A DNA stretch of 63,119 bases, counting the filler, from Pelomyxa schiedti (Eukaryota > Protista > Evosea): NCBI GenBank assembly GCA_020536535.1. It is 9 parts of 9 records of this genome, joined end to end, with 100 filler letters (N's around TTAATTAATTAA, not from the genome) between each part and the next. Parts side by side here need not be neighbours in the genome. Positions count along the whole stretch, not along the records: positions 1 to 19,134 come from JAHLWZ010000569.1; positions 19,235 to 20,311 come from JAHLWZ010002877.1; positions 20,412 to 21,647 come from JAHLWZ010002666.1; positions 21,748 to 23,872 come from JAHLWZ010002119.1; positions 23,973 to 27,823 come from JAHLWZ010001670.1; 4 more parts are not named here. The stretch is one strand, 5' to 3'. Below, one piece after another: positions 13,211-25,084 of this stretch. Under the pieces are notes generated by a model. It was not told the DNA's origin. It was given only the letters and a program-made list of their open reading frames with translations, and made no database searches. A program made the position numbers and the translations under genes. Each line of letters begins with the position of its first letter. Positions within the stretch are counted from its first letter, which is position 1.

Positions 13211-13440
13211 TCGATCCCAAGAGAAAGCCATTCTTAGTTCCTGCACAACTTGTGAACGATGCCAAAAGAAAAAATTCAGTGCCTATCTGTGCCGAAAATG
13301 AGCAGCGTCGTTCTCATTGTTCCGCCATCCGAGTTTGTTTCACTGTTCTCGAAAGAGACAAAAAACAACAATACGAAAAGCCACAACAGGTACGCTGGGC
13401 CCCAATACAAACCCATAAGTGAGAGTGCCCGATCGTGCTG

Positions 13441-16102
13441 ATGGGTGCTGTCCGCCAGGGAACATGGGTTGTTGTGACCAACTGCGCAATCACACTGATG
13501 ATACTCATCACATGGTGTAACTGCTCGTCGTCATCACCGTCTTCGTCGGCGTCCTACTCCGCGTCCTTGTCATCTTCCGAGAGTACTAGCATTAGTACTA
13601 GTACTAGCACCAGCTACAGTGAAAGTGTCAGTGACATTCACAGTATTGACAGTGACACCACTACCTCTGGAGCGAGTGTGTCTCTCAGTATCAGTCACAG
13701 CACGAGCGTCAGTGGAAGTGGAAGTGGAAGAGGGAGTGGAAGCTCAGAGTCATCGTCAAAGGAACCACCATTGTCAGAGGGCATCAGCTCCGACGAGGGT
13801 GCTGTGTGGAAGAAGGCTGAGGCTGAGGCCATCTGTGACCTGTACAACTCATTGATGCCAACGGTGTGGCTGGTTGACCCTTGCGTGGAGTATCCTGATC
13901 AGATACCGGAAAACGACACTCTATTTTGGGGACTAATCTGGGACTCCGAAGGTCACATCGCTTCCATGTACTTGTTTGCTTTCAAAAAAAAACTCAGTTT
14001 TCAGCACAGCTTCTTTATTTAACTCTTTCTACTCACAGAAGCCTGGACGGTGATGCTTCACAACAGGGAACTATTCCCGAGACACTGGGAAATCTCACCC
14101 TCCTTGAAACCCTGTGTGCACATATTTTTCCCCTCTCAATCCATTCCTTCCTCACTCTGCACTTACAGCAAGCTTGGATTCAATCGTATGAATGGAACTA
14201 TTCCACAATCTTTAACGAAGCTGACCCTGTTATACCAATTGTTGACCAACCAGCGATAATCTTTCAATATTAATATCGAATCAAGGAGTATTTTTAGCAA
14301 TGAACTCACGGGAGAACTTCCCTGCCTTCCGCCATCACCTTTTCTGATGTCTGTAACAATCGTCTTTTGACCTTACTTACAACATAAAGTGAGGTTGATG
14401 ACAATTATCTCAGTGGCACCTTGCCTCCTTGTTTGTCGCAGATGACTTCACTGAGGCTTTTGTGAGTATTTATTTAAAACCAAACAACTCTTATATCTGA
14501 CTTACATTCAGCCGAGTGGACCATAACCAGTTCGTTGGGACGGTACCATCACTCAGTGCATCACTCCAGGTTTTTCTCTGTTCTGCAATCATGCGAAATT
14601 CACCATTTTCAGTATCTGGACTTATCTTTTAACGAGCTCCATGGGTCTCTGGACCTTTTCCTCAACATGAGTTCACTTGTCACTCTGTATGAATACCTCC
14701 CTCATGAGTCAGCTTCAAATAACTGCAAAAACCATTTTCTCCTCCTGGAAAATGTTTGTCAATTTGAAGATACCTTCAGGAAACATTGTTCAGTGGAAGC
14801 ATTCCCACATCCATTTCCTCATTGACAAGTCTGCAAAACATGTTTGATCCAAAAAAAAAAAAAAACCCAAAGTCACTTACGGGTTTGACAAGGGATCTCA
14901 CAGGGAGTCAGTTCACAGGATCTATTCCCGCTGAATTCTTTTCCCTGCCTCTCCGCAAAGGGTTGTTATACCCCTCATATCTTATCTTTTTTATCTGTTC
15001 CAAACAAACAAGGAAAATTCACCCCACCCCCCGCAACAGGTTGCTGACTGACAATTTGTTCAGTGGACCCTTGCCCAGCTTTCCTTCAACTGACATAATG
15101 ACTGTGTAAGCCATGTTTCCCTCACCGTTTTATTGTTTCTTGTTTTTGCTTTGGTTATTTATAATTTAACACCAAAAAAAAAAAGAGATATATCATTCAA
15201 TCAAATCAATGGAACAATTCCAGCATGCTTCTTCAACTCCACATCCTTGCGGAAACTGTGCATTCATTGTTTTCCACTTAAAAACACTAATAATGGCACT
15301 TCACAAGGAATTTGCAGCATAACATGTTGATTGGTCCACTGCCGGATCTTGGTTCTCAGCCGTGTAACCTTGGGACACTGTTGTGATTCCTTCTTTTTCT
15401 GTTTTGTTGTTTTCTCATGCAAACACACCACATCAGTGATGTGTCATCAAACCTCATTTCCGGAGAGATTCCAGTTTATCTGCTTGCAAGTTCCAAACTT
15501 TCCTCCCTGTACTACTCATTCTCATTGGCGCATTTCTTTCTTGTGATAATTTCATATATTACCGGACTTACCATCCATTTTTTATTTAGAAATATGAGCA
15601 ACAATCTTCTGGAAGGAACCATTGATGAATATGAATCTTATCCTTACTACACCTACTGCTTGTGAGCTTCTTTTTCTAAAGCCAACCTAACCCCAAACAG
15701 TGACCTTAACAACAACTTTCTTCATGGAACTGTTCCGCCAACCCTAAACGGGGAGAAATACGTGTTTTGGTGTGTTATGTAACCACCCAACATCCTTTCA
15801 CTCAAATACCCAGCAACCTCGAAAACAATTGCTTTGAATGCGGACGCGGGAACAGTTCCAATGTTACAGAGTGTGGGTGCAACAACACACGGCCCCAAGA
15901 ACAGTGCCTTAATTCCGAATCAGCCTCGTCATCATCAGAGGAAGTAATCATGTCACCATCACAAGCTCATTCCTCTTCCGCCCAGGAATCACAGGGTAGC
16001 ATCAGCACAAGCAAGGCCAGTTGTTGCTGTGGTGGGTGCAACAATCTCGTACATGTTCTGTTTCTGATGGCTGTAACACGAATGCTACTATTTCAGCCTT
16101 GA
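13441..16102 (+). CDS. Secreted or GPI-anchored plant-type LRR surface protein, copy 2
   Basis: Same architecture as 3808-6079, with shared SDEGAVWKKAEAEAICDLYNSL, single-LRR exons and hydrophobic C-terminus LVHVLFLMAVTRMLLFQP*. Confidence 0.82.
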
Positions 16103-17788
16103 ATCAGGTAGAAAAAAACTTTCATCAGTTGCACTTTCACCACCCCGAAGTTCGTTGTTCTTCTGTCTGGGAGCAATTTGGCCCATTCACCACCAACAGG
16201 ACACAGAGCACACCTTGGGTGTTAACTCCCTCAGTTACGATACTGCCAACAAGAGACTTTTTTCTCAGTCTTTTACTCTCAACATTCCAAAAAAAACTGG
16301 AAACGCGGAACCAACGGCCAACGGACGCTCTTTTGAGTGACACACAATGGCACTGACAGTGGGAACTGCTGCGTCTTCATCGAAAACACCCCCCTCGACG
16401 GTGGATGCTGCTGCAGCACCAAATGGTTGAGCACGACAACAACCACCGCGAATACGAAATGTGGAGCACGAACGACAACAGCGTAAAGGCGAGGCCACTC
16501 AAGTACTTGGCAAAAAAAGCAAGGCAACAAAGCTGGTGGTGGCCGCAATAAAATGGGTAAGAAGGAAAAGCTTGGGGCGGGCGAGGGCGCCGCGTCGTGG
16601 GTGTCGGTGTCGGTGGTTGTGGTGATATACTACTATATGGCCGAGCCACTGGCTGAGGCGCACCTCAGGGACCCCGCAAAAGGGGAAGAGAGTCAGAGTT
16701 CCAGTCGCTGCAGACGGGGAGGGACATGGCGCAAAGCAAGACGGAGAGTCCCCAGCCAAATACCCTCCATCGGGAACACACCCTCTCTTCTGGGCGACTT
16801 ACTTCAAGAGAGAACAAGTTGCAATGCAGCTTTCTTCACTTGGGGTTGATCCCAACCATCGAATGTTACAGCTGTAGCTAGACACAACATAAACCACCCA
16901 ATTAACCCCGTGGTGGTCGCAGTGATGAACAATCAAAAGGAATTAATTGGTTGATCCAATGGCGAAACACCGTGGTGGTGTTCTTCCTGCCAAAGGACAA
17001 CGTTCATGGTGGTACTTTAAGGATGAGGGGAAGTACCCTCACATCGACTGTATGTTTTGTTGAATTTGAGTTCTTTTGGTTCATTTCCTTCAGGATACTT
17101 GGAAGAATACCACATGGTTGATGTGTCTCCCTCATGTTGGGCCAAGAGCAGACACACTTCTTCGTTCATTCCATGCCTGAACTTAGGACAACAATAGAAG
17201 TATGACGGTACTCACTCGACTATTGTTCAGTTTTTAAAAGCATCGATGACGACGCAGTTCAATCTCCTGAAATTCAGCAAGTGCTGGAATTTCTTGACAT
17301 CCAATCTCATGGAAGGATTCAACATACTTCTCGTTTTTGGTTTGTTTGTTGCATTTGCCTCTCATTGTACACACAGATCGTGATACCACTGGGGATTCCT
17401 TCTCGAACACGATTTCCACTGTGTTCTGTGGATTCGTTTTGTGAACAACTTGAGCACTTCGGCATCCTAAGTACATCCCGGATACCTTGGTATTACATAC
17501 AAATCTGACCATTATCCAACAAGGTATTCAAATCTCACCTTGCTTTCAAAAGGGCAACTTGCCTTACTGACCTCAAATTTATTGAAGATGGAGTGAATGC
17601 CCGATGCACCACCAACAGGGTGGATCAACTGGGGGCGTTGCACATCAATTGCAACCAAACACAGACACTCACTCAGTCCAGTATCATGAAATGGGGTTTT
17701 GATACATCCTCCAGACATGTCCAGTGGGGGTCTGGAATGGAAAAAATGTTTTTTTTGAATTGCACATTTACGTTAAATACATAGTGGG

Positions 17789-19134
17789 CTATCCAAGCAA
17801 AGAATCACTTCCCATGATGAACAGAGCACCACCGTCACCACCTTTTCCTTCATTGCAGTCATACACATCACAACGTGCATCATTTCCACCACCACCACCA
17901 CCGAATCGGCCACCTGGTGTTCCCCTCTTCCTGTTCTCGCCTGGTGCCCCTGGTTGGCCTCCAACAGGCTTTCCTTGAAGTGTCCCAAGCCAACAGCCAC
18001 CTCCACTCCCTGCTGAGTCATAGAAGCCGTTTGTTCCACCGTCTCCTCCCCTGCCTCCATTTTGACCTGGTGTTCCTGCTTCATTTTTTTTTTTTTTATT
18101 TTGTGATTTAGTGGGTTTTGTATTGTTGTATGTTGTTGTTTTGTTTTTTTACATTGAACTGCCTCTTGTGAACTTCCACCACCAGATCCAGCACCCACAC
18201 CACCACCATCACAGCACACACTGTCACCTCGGCATGCGTTCTTTCCAGCACCACCATTGCCCCCTGTTCCTGCTGCACCACCTCCCCCACCACCTGAGGC
18301 GTGTGCTCCGCCACCTGTCCCACCTGTGAATGAGCCTGTGTTCACTGCCTTGTGTGTCCCTGGCAGAGTCACTGTACCCACCCCGCCATCTCCACCACGT
18401 TCGCTGCTGGTGGCATTGGCCCCTGTTGCATATGCTTTACCACCATCACCACCACCGCCACGTGCCAGTGCTTCACCTGATGATGTTGTCACAGTGGTGT
18501 CACCACCTTTCTTGCCCTGTTGACTCAACCTCGACCCGCCAGCACCACCCCTCCCAACAACAACAATGAACGTTTCACCCTCAGCCACTCCGAGTCCCAG
18601 AACAAATGCAGTTCCACCGCCACCACCTCCTGCTCCTCCACCATCAGGATCATGGCAGCCAGCACCACCACCAGCACCAACAACAGCAAATGACATCACA
18701 GTCACACCACATGGCACAACCACCATGTGTTCTCCTGGTCTGTCAAGGCAAACTGACAATGGGTGGAAAAGGCGAGCAGATGCAGGGTCACTGAATGGTC
18801 CAACACCACCTGGTGATGATGCTGCAACACGAAGAGGTGCCACAGAGCAACCTGGGGAGAGGCTGAAAACACACTGAAGGGCAAGCCCATGATACACCTC
18901 ACGTCGTTGTTGTTGTGCAGTTCCTTCAAGTTCAACAGCAACAGTGTATGATACAATCTTGGATCCATTTGGTGGTGGTGCTTTCCACTGCACTGAAACG
19001 GCGTCAACAGCTGTTTGTGAAGCTGTTGGAACATCAGGTTTACGTGGAAGGCCTGTGAATGTGGGTGGTTACAACACAGTATTTTTTCTCAACAAGAACT
19101 CAACTCACCCATATTTTCCTGCAATCTCGTGTTT
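17789..19134 (-). CDS. Fibronectin type III plus glycine-rich domain protein; 5' end truncated at contig end
   Basis: VQWKAPPPNGSKIVSYTV..VYHG..LRVAASSPGGVGPFS is FN3-like. PGEHMVVVPCGVTVMSFAVVGAGGGAG..GETFIVVVGRGGAGG follows. After an intron at about 18080-18170 the frame ends GKGGDGGALFIMGSDSLLG*. Confidence 0.75.
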
Positions 19135-19234
19135 NNNNNNNNNNNNNNNNNNNNNNNNNNNNNNNNNNNNNNNNNNNNTTAATTAATTAANNNNNNNNNN
19201 NNNNNNNNNNNNNNNNNNNNNNNNNNNNNNNNNN
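19135..19234. other. Synthetic contig linker 44N-TTAATTAATTAA-44N; also at 20312, 21648, 23873, 27824, 56025, 57933 and 59240
   Basis: Identical 12-mer giving stops in all six frames, centred in exactly 100 nt. Plain 100-N gaps occur at 4720, 28607 and 55175. Confidence 0.97.
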
Positions 19235-20311
19235 GGAAGCAGCCCAAAGTTGTTGGTATGTCCCCCATCAGTTAGATAGAGGTAAGGTAACTCCCTCAGG
19301 TCTCTGGTCACAAAATGGATGTTGTAAGTCGACCACAAGAACCTGGTTCAAGGTTATTGACTGGCGCTGAAAAATGCCAGAGGGAAAAAAAAAACATACT
19401 GGTGGTAGGGATCAACAAGAAGGAACTTACGAATACCAGGTACAAATGCCAGTGCAGAGTACACACAGAACAGCACAGAGGCTAAGATAACTAGTACTTC
19501 ATTCACATCCAGATTTTCTGAGGTATCTGGGCTCTTCTCGTCCCCACCATACCACAACTTGTTCGCAGAACCCCACATTGCCATGCCTCCAACAATACCA
19601 TAAAATAGGCCAATTACAATCCGGCGGCACCACAGTTGGCAAGAGCTTATTTTTGAATTTCTAACCCATGTCCCCAGTCCAACACCAGAGACTTCCTATT
19701 TCAGCAGGAGTAAGAAACATAAAAATGGAATTCATTCCGTAGTAGACCAAAACGATTCGGCCAAAACCGGTATTGTACTTCCCAATGGAGTATGCAAGAG
19801 CTAAATTGGTAAGGAAAGCAAAAAATGAGATGCTTCAAGGTGAAGAACCTGAGCTCGAGATGGCCACCAAAGCATCTTGGGAAATCGGTTCAAATCCCAG
19901 GTTTCCGCCCCACTTGTCCTGCAGCACGCCATCCTGGTTTGACCATACCCTTCCACCAATCAAATGAACTGAAAGGGAAAAAAGAAATTTACATGGAATA
20001 GGGCTCACCATCATCCAGCTTTTCCACCACACCATTACTTGTGAGTACTGAAATGAAAGTAGGCCCTTTCCAATTGTTTGCGGCACTTGATGGAAGGTTA
20101 AGCGGTACCCCTGTTGCGGAATTTGTGACATTAAAAGCCAGTTTCAAATGACGGTGCCATGCCCTAACAGCAGTGTAAGATGAAAAATTATTTCCATTAC
20201 CAGTAAAGCAGATTGTTCTTCACCCAAAAATAGAGCCAGAAAACACTTAGGATGGCAGACGCAACCAATACACAACCCCAATATGTCCTACTATTACAGG
20301 CCCCAAAATAA
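19235..20311 (-). CDS. Fragment of an unidentified multi-pass membrane protein, multi-exon
   Basis: Hydrophobic segments IVIGLFYGIVGGMAMWG and VLVILASVLFCVYSALAFVPG between short introns. Confidence 0.4.
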
Positions 20312-21747
20312 NNNNNNNNNNNNNNNNNNNNNNNNNNNNNNNNNNNNNNNNNNNNTTAATTAATTAANNNNNNNNNNNNNNNNNNNNNNNNNNNNNNNNN
20401 NNNNNNNNNNNTTGGGATGGCCCGCAAGTTTGTTCCCTCATCCAAAATGCGTTAGTAATCCGGAAATCTACTGCAGGATATACTTTCTCCCCTTATCCTA
20501 AACAAGAATTTCTTCATGGATGCGGTTTACTTACACGAGGGTGTTTCGACCCAAACGCAGGTAACATACCACTCATTTCAGTCCCACCTCTAATGGGTAT
20601 TTCTTTTTCTATTCTTCTCTTTTCTACTTTGCATCATGTCCCACACATCGTTCTAGCAAGTGTTCTCCTACCTACAGGAGTTCGTTGCCCGGCTAGGAAA
20701 GAATTCGTACACCTACGAGTTCAGCTCAACACGGCAATACCAGCCACAAACACTACAACTCATGGCGAACCCGCTTCAACGCCCACCTCAGAGCGCCTTT
20801 ACTATGCCCACACTCTTCCCCTAAATTGCATAAAAAAGAATTTCATTCCTTCTTTTTTTAGAACCATCATTTGTTGCTTTGAGTCGTGTTTCAGGTGGTT
20901 TGCGGTTATCTATTTATTAAATGGTTTGATGCCTTATTATTAACGCCCAAAAGGCAGAACCTGATAAAGACTCGTGTTCTAAGCAGGTAGTAAACTGAGT
21001 ACCTTCAATAAGAGGTTTTCCCCTCCTTCTAACACCCTTCTTGGGGGTACCGGGTAAATGAGAAGCCACCCGGTGCCTCAACAGCATCGAGGACTCACCG
21101 ATTTGCCCACTAAATGTATCACACGATGTACTGACGTTTCCAATCAATTCCCTGGCCTCTGTTTCCTATCGCGTCAATTTTCTTGCCTACTCTATCACCT
21201 GGATTGAAAAGAAAGTTAATACAAGGAGAAAATCACGATGCTTTGAATGGAACCTGATTTTCTCTAGATTTAGGTGGTAGAACTGAGTGCCCCTGGCTAT
21301 TTTCCCCTACAATAACTCAGTTGCGTAGCCTGCAGGATGAGTTTGGATGAACAGGGTTTGTCAAGGAAGCTGAAGTTACGGCTTCGTGGAGCGTAGTGGA
21401 CTGAAACTCTTATTGGTGCCACTCCCTCAAAAGCAACGAAATAACTGATTGCAATGCATTTCCATCACACAGACTTTTGCAAATCGTAGCGTCGTGTGAA
21501 ACGAATATTTCATTTCTCGTTTAGTACGGACCCCCCTCACTATATCTTTTTCCTTTATTAACCCGTTTTGGGTTTTCCAACGTTCCAGGCGAAGCTTCGA
21601 TACCTTTTCCACCTGGTTGATCAAAGAACACCAACACAACAGAAAACNNNNNNNNNNNNNNNNNNNNNNNNNNNNNNNNNNNNNNNNNNNNTTAATTAAT
21701 TAANNNNNNNNNNNNNNNNNNNNNNNNNNNNNNNNNNNNNNNNNNNN

Positions 21748-22048
21748 GAGCAAGAATCATTTGTTTGTTCGGGCATCACTGTGTTCAGAAGTGACCAACT
21801 TCGAGGTTTTTCACATTGGGCACCTCACACAGCCATCACTTTCTGTTCCGTGCACTTGGTCACGCCCTGATAAGTGCACAGGCCTCATCCTTTCAACCTC
21901 ACATCACGAAATCATTTTATGCGATTCCGACAGCCCAGTTTCTCCCACACCAGAAATTGAGTTCTCACTGCATGATGGTGTCAGTGGATTTCACATTGGT
22001 GTGTTTGCAGTGCCATTGGAGTCACTGATGTTTAACTTGAGTTTGTAA
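21748..22048 (+). CDS. 3' fragment of an uncharacterised expanded-family protein
   Basis: Open frame from the contig edge ending FSLHDGVSGFHIGVF, similar in pattern to the C-termini of 23990-24634 and 58686-59239. Confidence 0.45.
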
Positions 22049-23180
22049 TGTTGTTTGTTGCCAGAAGACAATTCACTGACACTGGGTGTGTTGTTAAAAA
22101 TGTCCCACACTTGACTAGGCCATGGTAATCATCATTCGAAAAAAAACAAGAACGCTGTATAAATCTGGACGGCTCTTGAGAGACAGGAACGAGGGACACA
22201 ACCAGCTAAAATGAAGTTACAAAAATCACGGGGAAACTCAACAATTGTGAGCAAAACAAAGAAATTTAAAAAACGAACGGAAAGACGATGAACGAGCCCA
22301 CCGTGGTCCAGCGCGTGAAAATGAACGTCGTGGTATTTCGTCGTATCGTACGTGGACGCTTTGTTCTCCAGACAGGGAGAATGATTTGAAATGTGAGGAC
22401 TTGATGAGCTTCCGGGAAAGAACTCTGTAGTGTGGTTGATGGGTTGGGGGACCCACAATTGTTATTCCCAGCCCAGTCCTCACCAGGGCTGAACCCAAGT
22501 TGTCTCACGCGAGAACACGGACCCCCGAATCAGGAAAACTCTTTCAAGAGATCAATGATGAGCAATCACGCTGGTAGACAAAGCTAACAATAGCTTAAGA
22601 CAAGGCGGTTTTTGTTTTCCACATAAGAACAGCCGCGTTAAAGAAAAAGAAGAAAAGGAGTGCGGTGTGAGTTACTAATCCTATTCCCTGTTTCCCCTGC
22701 GCTACACCAAGGCTACAAAAAAAGACGACGAGCACGAGCATCAGCACCACCACGAGGGTCGCGGGACGAGGAGGACGAGGCAGCGCAGGGAGCGGTGGGT
22801 GGGACGACTAAGACTCGGGCGGGGGCGGCGAGAGGATCCCCTCCCCCGCAGGGGACCACGACCACGCCGACAGGGGAGAGAACCTCCACCACCCCCCTAG
22901 GAAGGGGGGCCACCACAACCACGACCACCGCCACGTGCGGGGAAACGGGGGGAGCGAGGTCGGTGACGACGACGAGGAGGAGGAGGAGGAGGGATCAACG
23001 AGGCAGGAGGCACACAAGAGAACTGGGGCGCCGCCGCTGTGTGAGGCCGTCGACGACAAGGATGTGGATACAGTGGGCACCAAGCGGCCCAGGGGCCTCA
23101 GTAACTCTTACTACGACCCAACTACCTACCCCCAAATTGCTGTCGATGTGGAAGACACCAAAGCAGTGTGTGATTTCAGG

Positions 23181-23252
23181 ATCTTGTATTTCTTCTCTAG
23201 TGCTGTTGAGGAAGCCCAGACCCTCAACAGCACTAGAGAAGAAATACAAGAT
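23181..23252. repeat. Perfect 31-bp inverted repeat with 10-nt loop (pre-miRNA-sized hairpin)
   Basis: atcttgtatttcttctctagtgctgttgagg (23181-23211) pairs exactly with cctcaacagcactagagaagaaatacaagat (23222-23252). Confidence 0.95.
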
Positions 23253-23399
23253 TTTGGCACCATATTTGGTAAAAGGGGTAAGAAGTAAATATTAAATATG
23301 TTCAACTCTGAAGTCAGTACTCAACCTAGCAAGATTTTGTGCTATGTACTTCTGTAAACCCCTCAAAATGGTTCCAGACAGCCTACTCTAAGTGTAAGT

Positions 23400-23652
23400 A
23401 AGCTCACAAAAAAAACACAGAAACTCACCAAGAGAAGAACCCACAAGTCAACAAACACCCAGGGTGCATTGGTGATCTCGCCCAAGCCACGCAACATCAC
23501 GACATCCCCGCCCAGTGGTGTGAACTGGCGACCGCGCCCACTCCGGCATTGTGGGACATGGATGGACGCCCGTCGCTGGTGTTTCGATGTATCACAAGTG
23601 CTGCACAGCACACCGCCATCACTTGTGACTTGGCCGTGGTGGTGCTAGTCAT
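23400..23652 (-). pseudogene. Probably frameshifted paralog of the adjacent uncharacterised-family gene
   Basis: MTSTTTAKSQVMAVCCAALV matches the neighbouring MKRTITTAKAQAMAVCCAAIV. The frame stops early and a plausible continuation (DVVMLRGLGE..WVFV) lies in another frame. Confidence 0.45.
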
Positions 23653-23759
23653 CGTCTGCACACTCCACCAGCGATCAACTAAAATAAATCACACCTTTCT
23701 TTCCTCTTTTTCTCGCTTCTGTTTTGACGTTTTTCAACGAAAACAGTATCAGCTGCGTG

Positions 23760-23872
23760 ATGAAGCGAACCATCACCACGGCCAAGGCACAAGCGATGGC
23801 GGTGTGCTGTGCCGCGATTGTGGGACGACGTGCTCCAATAAGTGGGACAGACACCGCGGTGGTGGCGGTTGC
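23760..23872 (+). CDS. 5' fragment of an uncharacterised expanded-family gene
   Basis: MKRTITTAKAQAMAVCCAAIVGRR resembles the N-terminus of 49273 (VGQAVALCCGVLPRCG); runs into a linker. Confidence 0.5.
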
Positions 23873-23972
23873 NNNNNNNNNNNNNNNNNNNNNNNNNNNN
23901 NNNNNNNNNNNNNNNNTTAATTAATTAANNNNNNNNNNNNNNNNNNNNNNNNNNNNNNNNNNNNNNNNNNNN

Positions 23973-24634
23973 CACGGCCAAGAAATTGGGTGGACATTCC
24001 TGCTGAACTTGGTGACCAGGTTGATGTTGTGTTCTCCCACAATGAGCCCACTGAACTCGTTGGGTCTGGCGACGAGGCCTCGGTGCTGGTGCGATGCAAC
24101 AGCTGTAGTGAAAGTGGTGGAACTGGACTGAGGGTTGTGACTGTGGACCTGGAGAAGAGCTTCTCAACGTCGTCGATGGTGGTGGTGAGGATGGGCCCAG
24201 AGTGCATCGTTCCAAAGGGAACCCATTGGTGCCCCTTCCTGTTCATGGACGAAACTGGTGAAGCAAAGGTGGTGTTCCATGTGTATAGTGAAGCAAAGGG
24301 CCTGCGGCTATCAAGTGCGTTTGCTGTGAGCCTCAGAACTGGCAAGCAGCTCAAGCTGTTTGATCACTGTGTGGAGACAAGCAAAGCCAACGACCATCTG
24401 GTGAAGCTTGGCATCATTGATGTCGTTCATTCGTACAAATTCGTCAACGTGTTCACAGGAAACCAGTGCAACGAGATACCACCAACTACAAGATTGCAGA
24501 CACTTCTGGATCGCAGTCTGTTCTTGAAGCCAGTGTCACACTCACAAGCCAAATCACATTCACTTGTGGCTGTGATTGACGAACAGACAGGTGTGACACT
24601 GTGCCTCTTGCCTGCCACATCAAATTTATTATAG
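23973..24634 (+). CDS. 3' part of an uncharacterised expanded-family protein (beta-rich)
   Basis: 214-aa intronless ORF with coding-like composition, ending VAVIDEQTGVTLCLL. Confidence 0.6.
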
Positions 24635-25084
24635 TCAATCAAACATGTGGGGAGATATATGCGACACCATGGGGATTTCACATTTGGTTGTTTCACAAGA
24701 ACCTGTTTCATTGAATGCCACGATTGGCGTCTCTACGTTTGTGAATAACGAAGAAGGAGGATAAATAACTTCGAAAGTTTCATGCCATCATTAACGGGTG
24801 AACTCATAACATGATTCGCCGCGGTTGTCACTCAGATCCTGCAAGCCGCTGCTTCTGCAAGTCCTTATTCACATCAGCAACTGTGTTCTTTCTTTATATA
24901 GAGCGGTGATTGGTGTGTACTTTTTTACGTCTCACCAGTGGGTATCACTGATGAGTGGGGAGAGAATGGTTTGATCTGGGTGTTGATTAACTGGCTGAAT
25001 AAAATAATCAACAGACACTGTACTTTTCGTTATCGTCGCTCAGGCGGTCTGTTTTTTTTATTCAGCCAACTGTTCGTTTTTGAG

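Noticed and set aside
16500-17760. Probable multi-exon gene fragments here, and at 48200-49180, 54880-55174, 58218-58403 and 62450-63049
   Set aside because: Coding-like, but no recognisable domain or defensible exon model.
19179-19190. Recurring TTAATTAATTAA as a biological motif
   Set aside because: Always centred in exactly 100 nt of N. It is a synthetic six-frame-stop linker, so adjacency across it carries no meaning.
20412-21647. Decayed retroelement integrase (ILDEGTNL-like fragment on the minus strand)
   Set aside because: Similarity is too short and broken by stops to support without a search.
23363-23611. LCSTCD..H..H as a KDZ-transposase cysteine cluster
   Set aside because: The alternative frame matches the neighbouring family gene from its ATG, and no transposase is nearby.
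23760-24634. One gene spanning the 23873-23972 gap
   Set aside because: The gap is a contig linker, so the two parts cannot be joined on this evidence.
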